Of a DNA stretch of 64,000 bases, positions 1 through 10,322 are shown in pieces; the first letter of the stretch is position 1; every line of letters starts with the position of its first letter. Source of the stretch: Halorarum halobium (GTDB lineage Archaea; Halobacteriota; Halobacteria; Halobacteriales; Haloferacaceae). The notes under the pieces are model-generated. The model worked only from the letters and a program-made list of their open reading frames with translations, made no database searches and was not told where the DNA came from. The translations under genes were made by a program, and so were the position numbers. Location: assembly GCF_032116555.1 (NCBI RefSeq), contig NZ_CP134949.1, positions 186,001 through 250,000 on the forward strand, written 5' to 3'.

Positions 1-274
1 CGAGTTCGACCGCCCAGCCCGCCTCGCTGGCGGCCTCCGCCGTCGCAGGGCCGATGGCCGCGAGCTTCGCGTCGCCGGGCTCCCAGCCGCCCCGTGCGGC
101 GAGTTCGACGCCCGTCTTCGAGGTGAGCACGACCCACTCGGCCGACTCGGGCGTCGCGCCGGCCGGCTCGACCGCGAGCATCGGGTCCGCGACCGGCTCG
201 ACGCCCAGATCCGTGAGCAGGTCGACCGCCGCCGACAGCCGCTCGTCGTCGGGGCGGAACACGGCGACGTTCAC
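1..274 (-). CDS. hemD: Uroporphyrinogen-III synthase, 5' part only (runs off window start)
   Basis: GTG start overlaps the cobA stop (GTGA); reads MNVAVFRPDDERL...LGVEPVADPML...VLTSKTGVE; follows hemC-cobA. Confidence 0.85.
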   Translation of the reverse strand, partial: MNVAVFRPDDERLSAAVDLLTDLGVEPVADPMLAVEPAGATPESAEWVVLTSKTGVELAARGGWEPGDAKLAAIGPATAEAASEAGWAVEL

Positions 275-1125
275 TCGCCGTCACCTCCGGGCGCGGCGTC
301 GTCGCCTCCGGTGGCCGTCGCGTCCGCGTCGCCCCGCCCGCGGAGGAACTCGACGACGCGCTCGCGGGTCGCGGCCACCTCGCCGATGACGGTCACGGCC
401 GGCGGTTCGATGCCCGCCTCGTCCCGCACCTCGACGGCGTCCGCGAGCGTCCCGGTCGCGGCGCGCATGTCGGGCCACGTGCCGCGCTCGACCAGCGCGA
501 CGGGCGTCCCCGGGTCCATCCCGGCCTCGCGCAGCGCAGCGGTGTACTTCGGCAGCTTGCCGACGCCCATCAGCACGACGAGCGTGCCGCCGGTCGCCGC
601 GAGCGCGTCCCAGTCCACCGCGGACTCCGCCTTCTCCGGGTCCTCGTGGCCCGTGACGAACGAGACGGATGAGGCGTGCTCGCGGTGTGTGACCGGGATC
701 CCCGCGACGCCGGGCGCGGCGACCGCCGAGGTGACGCCGGGAACGACCTCGAAGGGGACCCCGTGCTCGGCGAGGTGTTCGGCCTCCTCGCCGCCGCGAC
801 CGAACACGAACGGGTCGCCCCCCTTCAGCCGCACGACCGACCGCCCGGACTCGGCGAGTTCGACCAGCCTGTCGTTCGTGTGCTCCTGGCTCGTGCGCTC
901 GCCGCCGGCGCGCTTGCCGACGTCCTCGCGCTTCGCCTCGGGGATGGACTCGAGGATCTCGGGACCCGGAAGCTTGTCGTGGAGCACGACGTCCGCCTCG
1001 TCGATGAGCCGGCGGGCCTTCACGGTCAGCAGTTCCGGGTCGCCGGGGCCCGAGCCGACGAGCGAGATCGTTCCGGGCGTTCCGTCCGGAGACCGCACGC
1101 CTCCGGCCGACTCCGGTCCGGTCAT
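271..1125 (-). CDS. cobA: Uroporphyrinogen-III C-methyltransferase
   Basis: LVGSGPGDPELLT, RLKGGDPFVFGRGGEE and VPGVTSA motifs; ATG overlaps the hemC stop. Confidence 0.95.
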   Translation of the reverse strand: MTGPESAGGVRSPDGTPGTISLVGSGPGDPELLTVKARRLIDEADVVLHDKLPGPEILESIPEAKREDVGKRAGGERTSQEHTNDRLVELAESGRSVVRLKGGDPFVFGRGGEEAEHLAEHGVPFEVVPGVTSAVAAPGVAGIPVTHREHASSVSFVTGHEDPEKAESAVDWDALAATGGTLVVLMGVGKLPKYTAALREAGMDPGTPVALVERGTWPDMRAATGTLADAVEVRDEAGIEPPAVTVIGEVAATRERVVEFLRGRGDADATATGGDDAAPGGDGE

Positions 1126-2246
1126 TCCTCCTCCCTGGCGGCCTCGCCGTTCGCGTCCGCCTCGCGTTTCGCCGCCTCGATGAGGTCGGCCGCGCCGCGC
1201 TCGCGCAGGTCGGCCGCGAACTCGGCGGCCGCGTCGGCGTGCCGGCGGACCGGCAGGTCGCGGTTCGCCGCCACCTCCTCGCTCCCGTCGGCCGAGAGGA
1301 TCCGCGCGCGGACCTGCACGTGTTCTCCCTGCAGGAGCGCGCCGACGCCGATGGGCGCGATACAGCCGCCGCCCAGTTCCTTCAGGACGGTCCGCTCGAC
1401 GGTCGTGGCGATCCGGGTCGGCTGGTGTTCGACGGCGTCGTGGACGGCCTCCGTGGCGTCGCGGTCGGCAGTCGTGACGGCGATGGCACCCTGGCCCGGC
1501 GCGGGGACGAACTCCGCGCGTTCGAGCCGCTCGACCTCGTACTCGGGGCGGTCCAGCAGCCCGGAGCGTCGGAGGCCGGCCTCGGCGAGCACGACGGCGT
1601 CGAACTCCGTGTCGAGTTCGCGTTCGAGCGCCCGCCGCTGGAACTCCGAGAGGTCGTCGAACCACTCCTCGACCGTGCGGTCGTACTCGCTCCCGTCGCT
1701 GGAGGTGAGATCGCCCTTCCGGTCCCGTTTCTCCTCGACGCGGGCCTCGTGTTCGGCCTGGAGGTCCGGCGCGACGAGCTTCCGGAGCCGGGTGTCGACG
1801 TTGCCCCGGAGCGGCTCGACGGTGAGGTCGGGCCGGGCGGCGAGCACCTGCGCCTTCCGGCGGAGCGAGGACGTCCCCACGACCGAGCCGCTCGGGAGGT
1901 CCGCGACGGTGCCGCCCTCCCGGGAGACGAGCACGTCGCCCGACGGCGCGCGTTCCGGGACGCCCGCGACCCGGAGGTCGTCGGGCATCTCGGTCGGCAT
2001 GTCCTTCATCGAGTGGACCGCGGCGTCACACTCGCCCGCGAGCACCTCCTCGTCCAGCGCGCGGACGAACGCGCCCGTCTTCCCCAGCCGCGAGATGAGC
2101 TCCTCGGAGAGCCGGTCGCCCCGCGTCTCCACCTCCACGAGTTCGACCGAGCGTCGGCGGGTGGCGAGCGCGTCCGCGACGCTCTCGGCCTGCACCCGGG
2201 CGAGCGCGGAGCCGCGCGTCGCGAGCCGCAGCGTGCCGTCTGTCAT
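1122..2246 (-). CDS. hemC: Hydroxymethylbilane synthase (porphobilinogen deaminase)
   Basis: LATRGSALA, AVHSMKDMPT, GTSSLRR, LRGNVDTRL, PAPGQGA and GGGC motifs. Confidence 0.96.
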   Translation of the reverse strand: MTDGTLRLATRGSALARVQAESVADALATRRRSVELVEVETRGDRLSEELISRLGKTGAFVRALDEEVLAGECDAAVHSMKDMPTEMPDDLRVAGVPERAPSGDVLVSREGGTVADLPSGSVVGTSSLRRKAQVLAARPDLTVEPLRGNVDTRLRKLVAPDLQAEHEARVEEKRDRKGDLTSSDGSEYDRTVEEWFDDLSEFQRRALERELDTEFDAVVLAEAGLRRSGLLDRPEYEVERLERAEFVPAPGQGAIAVTTADRDATEAVHDAVEHQPTRIATTVERTVLKELGGGCIAPIGVGALLQGEHVQVRARILSADGSEEVAANRDLPVRRHADAAAEFAADLRERGAADLIEAAKREADANGEAAREEE

Positions 2247-2363
2247 TGTGGGGAGTGGGGTGGGCGCGGGGAAAACACGCTCGTTTCCGCGTCGTGCTCC
2301 CCGGCCCGGGTCGCGCGGACCGACCGCCGTCACCGAACACGGGCGGCCCGCACGCCGCCACCG

Positions 2364-2415
2364 TTTTAGGACTGCCAAAAGTTCGACAGAGTTATGCTGG
2401 TTTAGGCGGGCCTAA
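2364..2415. promoter_or_regulatory. Two DtxR/Idr/SirR-like operator palindromes
   Basis: TTTTAGGACTGCCAAAA (2364-2380) and TTAGGCGGGCCTAA (2402-2415) directly upstream of the binding-protein gene. Confidence 0.6.
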
Positions 2416-2420
2416 TGGCC

Positions 2421-3656
2421 ATGGAGCGAGATGAGACCGAGACTGGAGCGCCGAGCAGACGGGAGTACGTCCGATACGTGGGGGCGGTCGCGGGCGGCGG
2501 CCTGCTCGCCGGCTGTATGGGCGGCGACGGGGCGACGCCGACCGCCCAACCGTCCGACCCGACCGACTCGGCCGACACCGACGCGACCGAGGCGTCGACG
2601 CCGACCGAGTCGGGGGGCGACGCGTACACGGTCACGATGGCACCGATGGGGGAAGTCGAGTTCGAGCGCCCGCCCGAGAGCGTGTTCACCCGACTGACCC
2701 ACCTCGCCGGCATGGCGTTCGCGCTCGGTCGTGGGAACGACGTCAACGCGATGCACGCGCCGGCCTACTACGACGCGCTCTGGAACCAGTTCACGCCGCG
2801 GCTCGAGGGCGTCTCGCTGGACTGGACGGGGCTCTACTCCTCGTGGCAGACGAGCAAGGAGCAGCTGTACGAACTGGACAGCGACGTCCACCTCGCGGAC
2901 CCGGCGAGCCTCTACGCGCTCGGCAGCTGGGACGTGACCGACATCGAGGAGGTCGCCGAGAACATCGGCCCCTGGTTCGGGAACACGTTCAGCGACAGCC
3001 ACAGCCAGCCCCCCGAGGAGTGGGTCGACGACTACGAGTACTACGGGCTCTGGGAGATGTTCGAGAAGGTCGCGCAGGTGTTCCGCGAGGAGGAGCGCTA
3101 CGAGGCGCTCGCGTCGATCCACGCGGACGTGCGCTCCCGGATCGACGCGGAGCTTCCGTCCGAGAGCGATCGCCCCCGGACGGTGATGGGCGGGTTCAGC
3201 GAGGTCGACGCCCCGTACGTCTACAAGACCGACGCGCCGGGGTTCCTGGCGGCCCACGTCCGGCCGTTCAAGTCGCGGAACGCGTTCGGCGAGGACGTCT
3301 CCTCCACCACGCAGGTCGACATGGAGGCGATGCTCGAGGCCGACCCGGACGTCATCTTCGCGCTCGGCGGGATGCACCCGGGAACCGACATGCCGGCCAT
3401 TCGGAGCGGGCTGGAGGAGCACCCCGTCGGCCGGGAGATCACCGCGGTCAAGAACGGTCGCGTCTACGCCCAGGGCGCGCGCTACCAGGGGCCGATCCTG
3501 AACCTCTTCCAGCTGGAGATGACGGCGAAACAGCTCTACCCCGAGGCGTTCGGCGAGTGGCCCACCTACGAGACGGGCCCCTACCCCGAGATTCCCGCCG
3601 AGGAACGGCTGTTCGACCGGGACGAGGTCGCGGGCATCATCAACGGCGAGTTCTGA
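2421..3656 (+). CDS. Tat-exported lipoprotein, ABC transporter substrate-binding protein (iron-siderophore/cobalamin type)
   Basis: SRREYVR Tat motif, LAGC lipobox, VDMEAMLEADPDVI and ITAVKNGRVY periplasmic-binding-protein motifs. Confidence 0.85.
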   Translation: MERDETETGAPSRREYVRYVGAVAGGGLLAGCMGGDGATPTAQPSDPTDSADTDATEASTPTESGGDAYTVTMAPMGEVEFERPPESVFTRLTHLAGMAFALGRGNDVNAMHAPAYYDALWNQFTPRLEGVSLDWTGLYSSWQTSKEQLYELDSDVHLADPASLYALGSWDVTDIEEVAENIGPWFGNTFSDSHSQPPEEWVDDYEYYGLWEMFEKVAQVFREEERYEALASIHADVRSRIDAELPSESDRPRTVMGGFSEVDAPYVYKTDAPGFLAAHVRPFKSRNAFGEDVSSTTQVDMEAMLEADPDVIFALGGMHPGTDMPAIRSGLEEHPVGREITAVKNGRVYAQGARYQGPILNLFQLEMTAKQLYPEAFGEWPTYETGPYPEIPAEERLFDRDEVAGIINGEF

Positions 3657-3737
3657 GTTCGGGCTTCGGGGTTTCGGTCGGTTTCGGTTCGGGTTTTTCG
3701 GGACGACGCGATCCGACACCTAGTCCTCGAACAGTAC

Positions 3738-4011
3738 GATCACTACTGCTGGCTGTGATTTCTGGACCAACAAGCGCATTCCTACTGCTGACGGTGATGA
3801 AGGCCACACCCTCCCCAGCCGCTTGCGCTCCTCGCTCGCAGGCTCGCTGTCGTTCGAAAGGCGTTTCGCGCCTTTCGTGATGACGAGAGAGCTCCGCTCT
3901 CTCGAACCACGGTGCTCACCCCTCGCGCGCGTCCGGCGGGCCTCCGTGCCCGCCGGCACGCGCCGACCGCACTTGGACGGACGAGCCGCGGGAGCTTTCG
4001 AGGCGGTCGTC
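3738..4011. repeat. Modular palindromic intergenic repeat, copy A
   Basis: 3816-3848 identical to 18876-18908; hairpins 3855-3877 and 3884-3904 have counterparts in copy G; left end similar to the reverse complement of 33419-33462. Confidence 0.8.
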
Positions 4012-4148
4012 GCTGAGGCCGAAACGATACCGGGTGCGACGGATTTGGAGGACTTTCTTGGTGGTCGACACGCGGCCGTCTCCACGAAATCCGATTCCAA
4101 CGAAAAGTTCCCGATGGCTTGAAGAACACGGGCGACGCGACACGGACG

Positions 4149-4331
4149 ATGGCCTCCTCCGGCGACATCCGCGTGCTGCTCGTGATCGACCTCGTGCTCT
4201 CGCTCGCGTTCGGGGCGCTCGCGCTGTTCGCGCTCAGCATGGCCGACATCGCCGAGTTCACGCCGGTCAACGTCGCCCTCGCGACCGCCGTGCTCGCCGT
4301 CCTCACCTACGTCGTCGTGTTGCGGGAGTAG
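4149..4331 (+). CDS. Small two-TM membrane protein
   Basis: 60 aa, two hydrophobic segments, genome-typical codon usage. Confidence 0.7.
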   Translation: MASSGDIRVLLVIDLVLSLAFGALALFALSMADIAEFTPVNVALATAVLAVLTYVVVLRE

Positions 4332-4741
4332 CCGCCGGCGCGAACGGCCGGCGAACCGCGGTCCGAACGATCCGTGGCCACGCCTCTCGGTCCGACCTGC
4401 ACCACCGGAACCCGACCGATCATCCTCGACCCGCGGGCGTCGCCTGGGGTGCGGTGGCACGGCGCGCGCGAGCCAAACCCGGCCGACCTGTCTGGTCACC
4501 TGATAATACGTTCGTCAAGTTCGTTCGCAACGTTTGCCGGCCTCCCGCGGATATTACGTCCTTATACAAGGGGTATCGCGTTTTATTTCGGACGGTCATC
4601 TGGATACACACCCATGAATTTGTGAATTTCAACGTGTGGGTTTATGGTTGTCCGAATCAGCCCATCTGGCGTGATGCCCGACACGGATCACAGTAAAATC
4701 GGTGAATCGATGAACGAACGTTGCGTGCTGGTGGTGGGAGC

Positions 4742-6445
4742 ATGACGCTCCTCCAGGCCGACCCGGCGGTCATCGCCGAGGGGGTCAACCTCATGTGGGT
4801 GCTCGTCGTCACCTTCCTCATCTTCTTCATGCACGCCGGCTTCGCGATGCTGGAGGCCGGGCAGGTGCGCTCGAAGAACGTGGCCAACCAGCTCACGAAG
4901 AACCTCCTGACGTGGAGCGTCGGGGTGACGTTCTTCTTCCTCGTCGGCGCGGGCGTCAACGCGCTCGTCGGGGGACTGACCGGCCCCGGCTCGACCGGGG
5001 TCGCCTCGGCGTTCTCCGTCCTGGCGCCCGGCGCGGCGAACGCCTGGGTCGGCTGGCTGTTCGGCGCGGTGTTCGCCATGACGGCGGCGACCATCGTCTC
5101 CGGCGCGGTCGCCGGCCGCATGAAGCTCCGCGCGTACGTCGCGTACACCGTGCTGCTCGCGGGGGTCATCTACCCGGTCGTCACCGGCCTGACGTGGGCC
5201 GGCGGCTTCCTGGGCGCGATGGGCTTTCACGACTTCGCCGGCGGCGTCATCGTCCACGCGATGGGCGGCGTCGCGGGCCTCACGGCCGCCTACATGGTCG
5301 GCCCGCGCGTCGACCGCTTCAACGACGACGGCTCGGTGAACGTCATCCCCGGCCACTCGTTGACGTTCGCAGCGCTGGGGACGCTCATCCTGGCGTTCGG
5401 CTGGTACGGTTTCAACGTCGGCACCGCGGCGACGGTGTTCTCCGTCTCCGACGGCACCCTCCAGCTCGGCGCGTTCGCCACGGTCGGCCGCGTCGCCGTC
5501 ACGACGACGCTCGGCATGGCCGCCGGCGCGATCGGCGCGGCCGCGGCCACGCTGTACAAGACCGGAAAGGTCGACACGCTGTACGTCGCCAACGGCCTGC
5601 TGGCCGGGCTTGTCAGCGTGACCGCCATCACCGACGCCATCGTCTGGCCCGGCGCCGTGGCGGTCGGGCTGCTGGCCGGCATCCAGCTCCCGATCGTCTT
5701 CGCGTTCGTCGAGAAGCGTCTGAAGATCGACGACGTCTGCGCGGTGTTCCCGGTCCACGGCTCGGCCGGCGTGCTCGGCGCGCTGGCGTTCCCGTTCGTC
5801 GCCACCGAGTTCTGGGGCGGCGGCGGCGTCGGCTACCTCGTGAGCACGTTCACCACGCAGCTCGTCGGGGTCGTCGTCATCCTCGCGTGGACGGTCGTCG
5901 CCACCGGCGTCGTCTTCGGCGTCATCAAGGCGATGGGCGAGATCCGCGTCTCGCGTGAACACGAGATCGAGGGGCTCGACATCTCCGAACACGGCGTCAA
6001 CACGTACCCCGAGTTCGGCAAGCCCGACACGGTCACGGACGGCGGGTTCACCGAGGAGAACGGCATCGTGCGCGCCGACGGCGGCGAGGAACCCAACGAC
6101 GGCGGAATCAAGCTCGTCACGGCGTTCATCCGCCCCGACAAGCTCTCGGACGTGAAGGAGGGGCTCGCCGAGATCGGCGCGCCCTCGCTGTCGGTCACGA
6201 ACGTCTCCGGCCGCGGCTCACAGCCCGCGAAGAAGGGCCAGTGGCGCGGCGAGGAGTACACCGTCGACCTCCACCAGAAGGTAAAGATCGAGTGCGTCGT
6301 CGCCGACATCCCGGCCGAGGACGTCGCGGTCGCGATCCGCGACGCCGCCCGGACGGGCGAACCCGGTGACGGCAAGGTGTTCGTCCTCCCGGTCGAGGAC
6401 GCCTACCAGATCCGCACCGGCGAACAGGGGACCGTGGCCGTGTAA
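4742..6445 (+). CDS. amtB: Ammonium transporter fused to a C-terminal P-II (GlnK) domain
   Basis: Amt motifs [14 protein letters not shown] and FGWYGFN, then in frame [18 protein letters not shown]...GRGSQ...GDGKVFV...IRTGE. Confidence 0.93.
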   Translation: MTLLQADPAVIAEGVNLMWVLVVTFLIFFMHAGFAMLEAGQVRSKNVANQLTKNLLTWSVGVTFFFLVGAGVNALVGGLTGPGSTGVASAFSVLAPGAANAWVGWLFGAVFAMTAATIVSGAVAGRMKLRAYVAYTVLLAGVIYPVVTGLTWAGGFLGAMGFHDFAGGVIVHAMGGVAGLTAAYMVGPRVDRFNDDGSVNVIPGHSLTFAALGTLILAFGWYGFNVGTAATVFSVSDGTLQLGAFATVGRVAVTTTLGMAAGAIGAAAATLYKTGKVDTLYVANGLLAGLVSVTAITDAIVWPGAVAVGLLAGIQLPIVFAFVEKRLKIDDVCAVFPVHGSAGVLGALAFPFVATEFWGGGGVGYLVSTFTTQLVGVVVILAWTVVATGVVFGVIKAMGEIRVSREHEIEGLDISEHGVNTYPEFGKPDTVTDGGFTEENGIVRADGGEEPNDGGIKLVTAFIRPDKLSDVKEGLAEIGAPSLSVTNVSGRGSQPAKKGQWRGEEYTVDLHQKVKIECVVADIPAEDVAVAIRDAARTGEPGDGKVFVLPVEDAYQIRTGEQGTVAV

Positions 6446-7043
6446 GGGGCTCCGGCCGCGAGCGAGCTCGCGAACCCCTTGCGTCGGACGGACTCGGACG
6501 AACACGCTACTGCACCAATCAGGCGGACCGATCCGGGCGAGCGTTCGCCCGACACGAGACTGACGAATCCCGGACCTGCGATCGCGGAACGAACCGGATG
6601 CCCCCTCCAGCGTGCGGCGCGGACGCGGTCGGGAGCGGCGAGGTACTGGGCTCATCGGGCGCGGGCGTCACCGCGACCCGCGCCCACCAACCGGCGCTGC
6701 ATCCTGCCATCCGTGTCACGCCGACTCGTCGCGACCGACCGCCGCAGCCGTCCGCTGGACGGCGGCGCGTCCGACAACGACCGCCACTCCGGCGGCTCCC
6801 GCCGCCGGACCTTCCATACCACGACACCTTAGCGTTTAGTGACAAGGTTCGTGCGTGTTCGGCCTCGTCACGACGTCGCGAGCGGGTCGAAGCGATCGCC
6901 GGCCACGCCGACCCGGTAACTACTTTCCACCGGCCGCGCCAAGGCCAACCCATGAACACGCCGAGACGGTCCGGCTTCCTGGCGTCGCCGGCTGCGACTC
7001 GTCTGCTCACGCACGGTCTGCTCACACGCGGAGGTGTCCGCGC

Positions 7044-8387
7044 GTGAACCACGACCGCTCCCGCGACCTGTACGACCGGGCGCTGTCCGTCCTCGCGGGC
7101 GGCGTCAACTCCTCGGTTCGGGCGAGCATGCCGTACCCGTTCTTCGTCGAGAAGGGCGACGGCGCCCACGTCGTCGACGCCGACGGGAACCGCTACGTCG
7201 ACTACGTCATGGGCTATGGCCCGCTGCTGTTCGGCCACGACCTCCCCGACCCCGTCACCGCGGCGATCCAGAAACACGCCAGCCAGGGGCCGATGTACGG
7301 CGCGCCGACCGAGATCGAGGTGGAACTCGCGGAGTTCGTGGCCCGCCACGTCCCGTCGGTGGAGATGCTCCGGTTCGTCAACAGCGGGACGGAGGCGACC
7401 ATCTCGGCGGTCCGGCTCGCGCGTGGCTACACCGGCCGCGACAAGATCGTCGTGATGCAGGGCGGCTACCACGGCGCCCAGGAGTCGACGCTGGTCGAGA
7501 CCGACGACGGCCCGTCCCACACCCACCCGTCCTCGCCCGGCATCCCCGAGTCGTTCGCCGAGCACACCATCGCCGTCCCGTTCAACGACGAGGAAGCCGT
7601 GCGGGCGGTGTTCGCCGAACACGGCGAGGAGATCGCCGCGGTCCTGACCGAACCCGTCCTCGGCAACACCGGCATCGTCCACCCCGTCGAGGGCTACCAC
7701 GAGGCGCTCCGGGACCTCTGTGACGAGCACGGCTCGCTGCTCGTGTTCGACGAGGTGATCACCGGCTTCCGCGTCGGCGGCCTCCAGTGCGCCCAGGGGA
7801 AGTTCGGGATCACCCCCGACCTCACGACGTTCGGCAAGATCGTCGGCGGCGGGTTCCCCGTCGGCGCGATCGGCGGTCGCGCCGAGATAATCGAGCATTT
7901 CACGCCCGCCGGCGACGTGTTCCAGTCGGGCACCTTCTCGGGCCACCCGGTGACGATGGCGGCGGGCTACGAGACGCTCACGTTCGCCGCCGAGCACGAC
8001 GTCTACGACCACGTGAACGGGCTCGCCGACCGGCTCCGCTCCGGCATCCAGGACGTCTGCGAGGACCACGCCCCCGAGTACACCGTCGTCGGCACCGACT
8101 CGATGTTCAAGACGGTGTTCACCCGCGAGGCCCCCGAGACGTTCGAGGGTCACTGCGAGGGCGGCTGTACACAGCGCGAGTCGTGCCCGCGGTACGAACT
8201 GTGTCCCAAGAACGGCGCGGACGTGAACGCGGCGGCGACTGATCGCTGGGAGCGCGTGTTCTGGCAGGAGATGAAGGAACGGGGCGTCTGGCTCACGGCG
8301 AACCAGTTCGAATCGCAGTTCGTTTCATATGCTCATACTGAGGAGGATGTCGAGCGCACGCTGGAGGCGTACAAAGAGGCGCTCTGA
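7044..8387 (+). CDS. hemL: Glutamate-1-semialdehyde 2,1-aminomutase
   Basis: [47 protein letters not shown]-like sequence before the GTG. Confidence 0.96.
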   Translation: MNHDRSRDLYDRALSVLAGGVNSSVRASMPYPFFVEKGDGAHVVDADGNRYVDYVMGYGPLLFGHDLPDPVTAAIQKHASQGPMYGAPTEIEVELAEFVARHVPSVEMLRFVNSGTEATISAVRLARGYTGRDKIVVMQGGYHGAQESTLVETDDGPSHTHPSSPGIPESFAEHTIAVPFNDEEAVRAVFAEHGEEIAAVLTEPVLGNTGIVHPVEGYHEALRDLCDEHGSLLVFDEVITGFRVGGLQCAQGKFGITPDLTTFGKIVGGGFPVGAIGGRAEIIEHFTPAGDVFQSGTFSGHPVTMAAGYETLTFAAEHDVYDHVNGLADRLRSGIQDVCEDHAPEYTVVGTDSMFKTVFTREAPETFEGHCEGGCTQRESCPRYELCPKNGADVNAAATDRWERVFWQEMKERGVWLTANQFESQFVSYAHTEEDVERTLEAYKEAL

Positions 8388-8450
8388 TCTCACGGAATCT
8401 AGATCGTTGCAAGTTTCGGTCGTGCCGTCGGTCGAGTGACTACTCCAATG

Positions 8451-8598
8451 GTGACGACCGCGGAAGCCCCCGCGGTTCTCGGCTCGGGGGCCTCGCTGCG
8501 CGCTTCGCGCGCGGTCGCTCACTTCGTTCGCTCCCTCGCGCTGCAGTGCTTGCGTCGTCCGCCTTCCCCGAGAACCGCGGCCCCTTCCATTCCCACCC
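8451..8598. repeat. Modular palindromic intergenic repeat, copy B
   Basis: Inverted repeat 8470-8482/8568-8580; 8565-8598 is the exact reverse complement of 53212-53245. Confidence 0.8.
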
Positions 8599-8708
8599 TC
8601 CGGCTGGTCGGCTGAGCGTCGCCCGATGAAGTGTCGGCATCGACTCGAACGGACACCCGCCCGTACCGCCGTGGGGTGTCGGGGTCGGATTGCTGTTGTA
8701 AGCCGACT

Positions 8709-9014
8709 CTACTCGCCAGAGCCAGGGTCGCCCGTCTCGGCCATCCGGCGGTCGTACTTGTCGATGGCCTCCCGGAGGGCGTCGCCCGCGTCGACGTCGA
8801 GCGCCTCACAGACCGCGAGCAGCGAGAACAGCGCGTCGCCGAGTTCGTCGGTGGACACGTCGAGCGCGTCCGGGTCCGCGCCGTAGCCCGTCGAGGTCGT
8901 CGCGTCCTTCGCGATCTCGCCGACCTCGGAGGCCAGATCGAGGATTCGGTACGCGGGCTCGCCGGTCAGGTCGTGGCGGTCGAGAAACGCCGCCACCTGC
9001 TCCTGTTCGTCCAT
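8709..9014 (-). CDS. MazG-like nucleotide pyrophosphohydrolase
   Basis: LASEVGEIAK...DELGDALFSLL motif. Confidence 0.85.
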   Translation of the reverse strand: MDEQEQVAAFLDRHDLTGEPAYRILDLASEVGEIAKDATTSTGYGADPDALDVSTDELGDALFSLLAVCEALDVDAGDALREAIDKYDRRMAETGDPGSGE

Positions 9015-9145
9015 GTCACCCCCGGCCGCGCGTTCGCACTGAAAGCTGGCGGTTTCGGGACTCGGCGGGGCTCCGCGCCGGCGCCGGCGACTCCCGCGCC
9101 CCGATTCCCGTCAACGCTTTCCCCCGGGACCGAGAGGGGGCGCGC

Positions 9146-9838
9146 ATGAAGAACACCGACGGCACCGAGGCGGCCAAACGCGCCGCGGGCGAGTCGGCGG
9201 CCGACCTCGTCGCCGACGGCGACCTCGTCGGGCTCGGCACGGGCAGCACGGCGGCCCACGCCGTCCGCCGGCTCGGCGAGCGCGTCGACTCGGGCCTCGA
9301 CGCCCGGGGCGTCGCCACCTCCTACCAGTCGCGCGAACTGGCCCGCGAGGCCGGCGTCCCGCTGGAATCGCTCGCGGACGTCGCCCGGGTCGACGTCGCC
9401 ATCGACGGCGCGGACCAGGTCGCGGACGGCGACCTCGTGAAGGGCGGCGGGGCGGCACACGCCCGCGAGAAGGTGGTGGACGCGGCGGCCGACCGCTTCG
9501 TCGTCGTCGCCGACGACTCCAAGCTGGCGGACGCGCTCTCGCACCCGGTCCCCGTCGAGGTGCTGCCCGACGCCCGTGCGACCGTCCGGGACGCGCTCCG
9601 GGGGGCGGGCGGGGAGCCGACGCTCCGTGCCGCCGAACGCAAGGACGGCCCCGTCGTCAGCGACAACGGCAACCTCGTGTTCGACTGCGACTTCGGGACC
9701 GTATCGGACCCGGACGGGCTGGCCGTCCGGCTCTCGGCGATGCCGGGCGTGCTGGAGCACGGCCTGTTCGTCGGGCTCGCGGACGAACTGCACGTGGGGG
9801 CGGCCGACGGGAGCGTCTCGACGCGGTCGCTGCGCTGA
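9146..9838 (+). CDS. rpiA: Ribose-5-phosphate isomerase A
   Basis: GLGTGSTA, DGADQV, KGGGAAHAREK, PVEV, DNGN motifs. Confidence 0.96.
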   Translation: MKNTDGTEAAKRAAGESAADLVADGDLVGLGTGSTAAHAVRRLGERVDSGLDARGVATSYQSRELAREAGVPLESLADVARVDVAIDGADQVADGDLVKGGGAAHAREKVVDAAADRFVVVADDSKLADALSHPVPVEVLPDARATVRDALRGAGGEPTLRAAERKDGPVVSDNGNLVFDCDFGTVSDPDGLAVRLSAMPGVLEHGLFVGLADELHVGAADGSVSTRSLR

Positions 9839-9964
9839 GTCGTCGCCGCGGGACCGGTGTGGTGGGGCCGTCGCTACGCGGTCGGTACGTCGTCGCCGCG
9901 CGGTAAGCACGTCGTCGCCGCTACGCGGTCGGCGCGATAAAGAAGTGGAGGTGGATCGCCTGAG

Positions 9965-10132
9965 TTACAGGTCGCGCGGCTGAACCGTCTTCCGGTCGTT
10001 CTCCTCCGCGCGGCGGGCGGCGTCTTCGAGCAGCTCGGACACTTCCCCGTCGAGCGCGTCGTAGAAATCCGACGCGACGTTCTTGTCGTTCAGGTACTCC
10101 TTGACGGCTGCCTTGACGATGAGGTCTGCCAT
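9965..10132 (-). CDS. Small histone-fold-like protein (DUF1931 type)
   Basis: MADLIVKAAVKE...AARRAEENDRKTVQPRDL, 55 aa. Confidence 0.85.
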   Translation of the reverse strand: MADLIVKAAVKEYLNDKNVASDFYDALDGEVSELLEDAARRAEENDRKTVQPRDL

Positions 10133-10322
10133 GCAGCCGACTTTTTTCCGTCCCTCCTTATAAGATTTCCCAAGTGGGGGCGAAGCCAACGCCTCTCGCG
10201 GCCGTTCACGGGGGATTCGTTCCGAGCGCCCCACAAATCCCGCGGAAAATCCTCGCGGACCCAGCCGTCGGTCGCGCGCCCGCACCGACGGGTTCGAGTC
10301 GGTCGGGAACGGACACCCGGGC

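Noticed and set aside
4500..4741. AT-rich amt upstream region as a nitrogen-regulator site
   Set aside because: Probably regulatory, but I could not define a convincing palindrome or repeat
9839..9935. Short repeats GTCGTCGCCGC x3 and CGCTACGCGGTCGG x2 between convergent genes
   Set aside because: Short, GC-rich and irregularly spaced; consistent with local slippage
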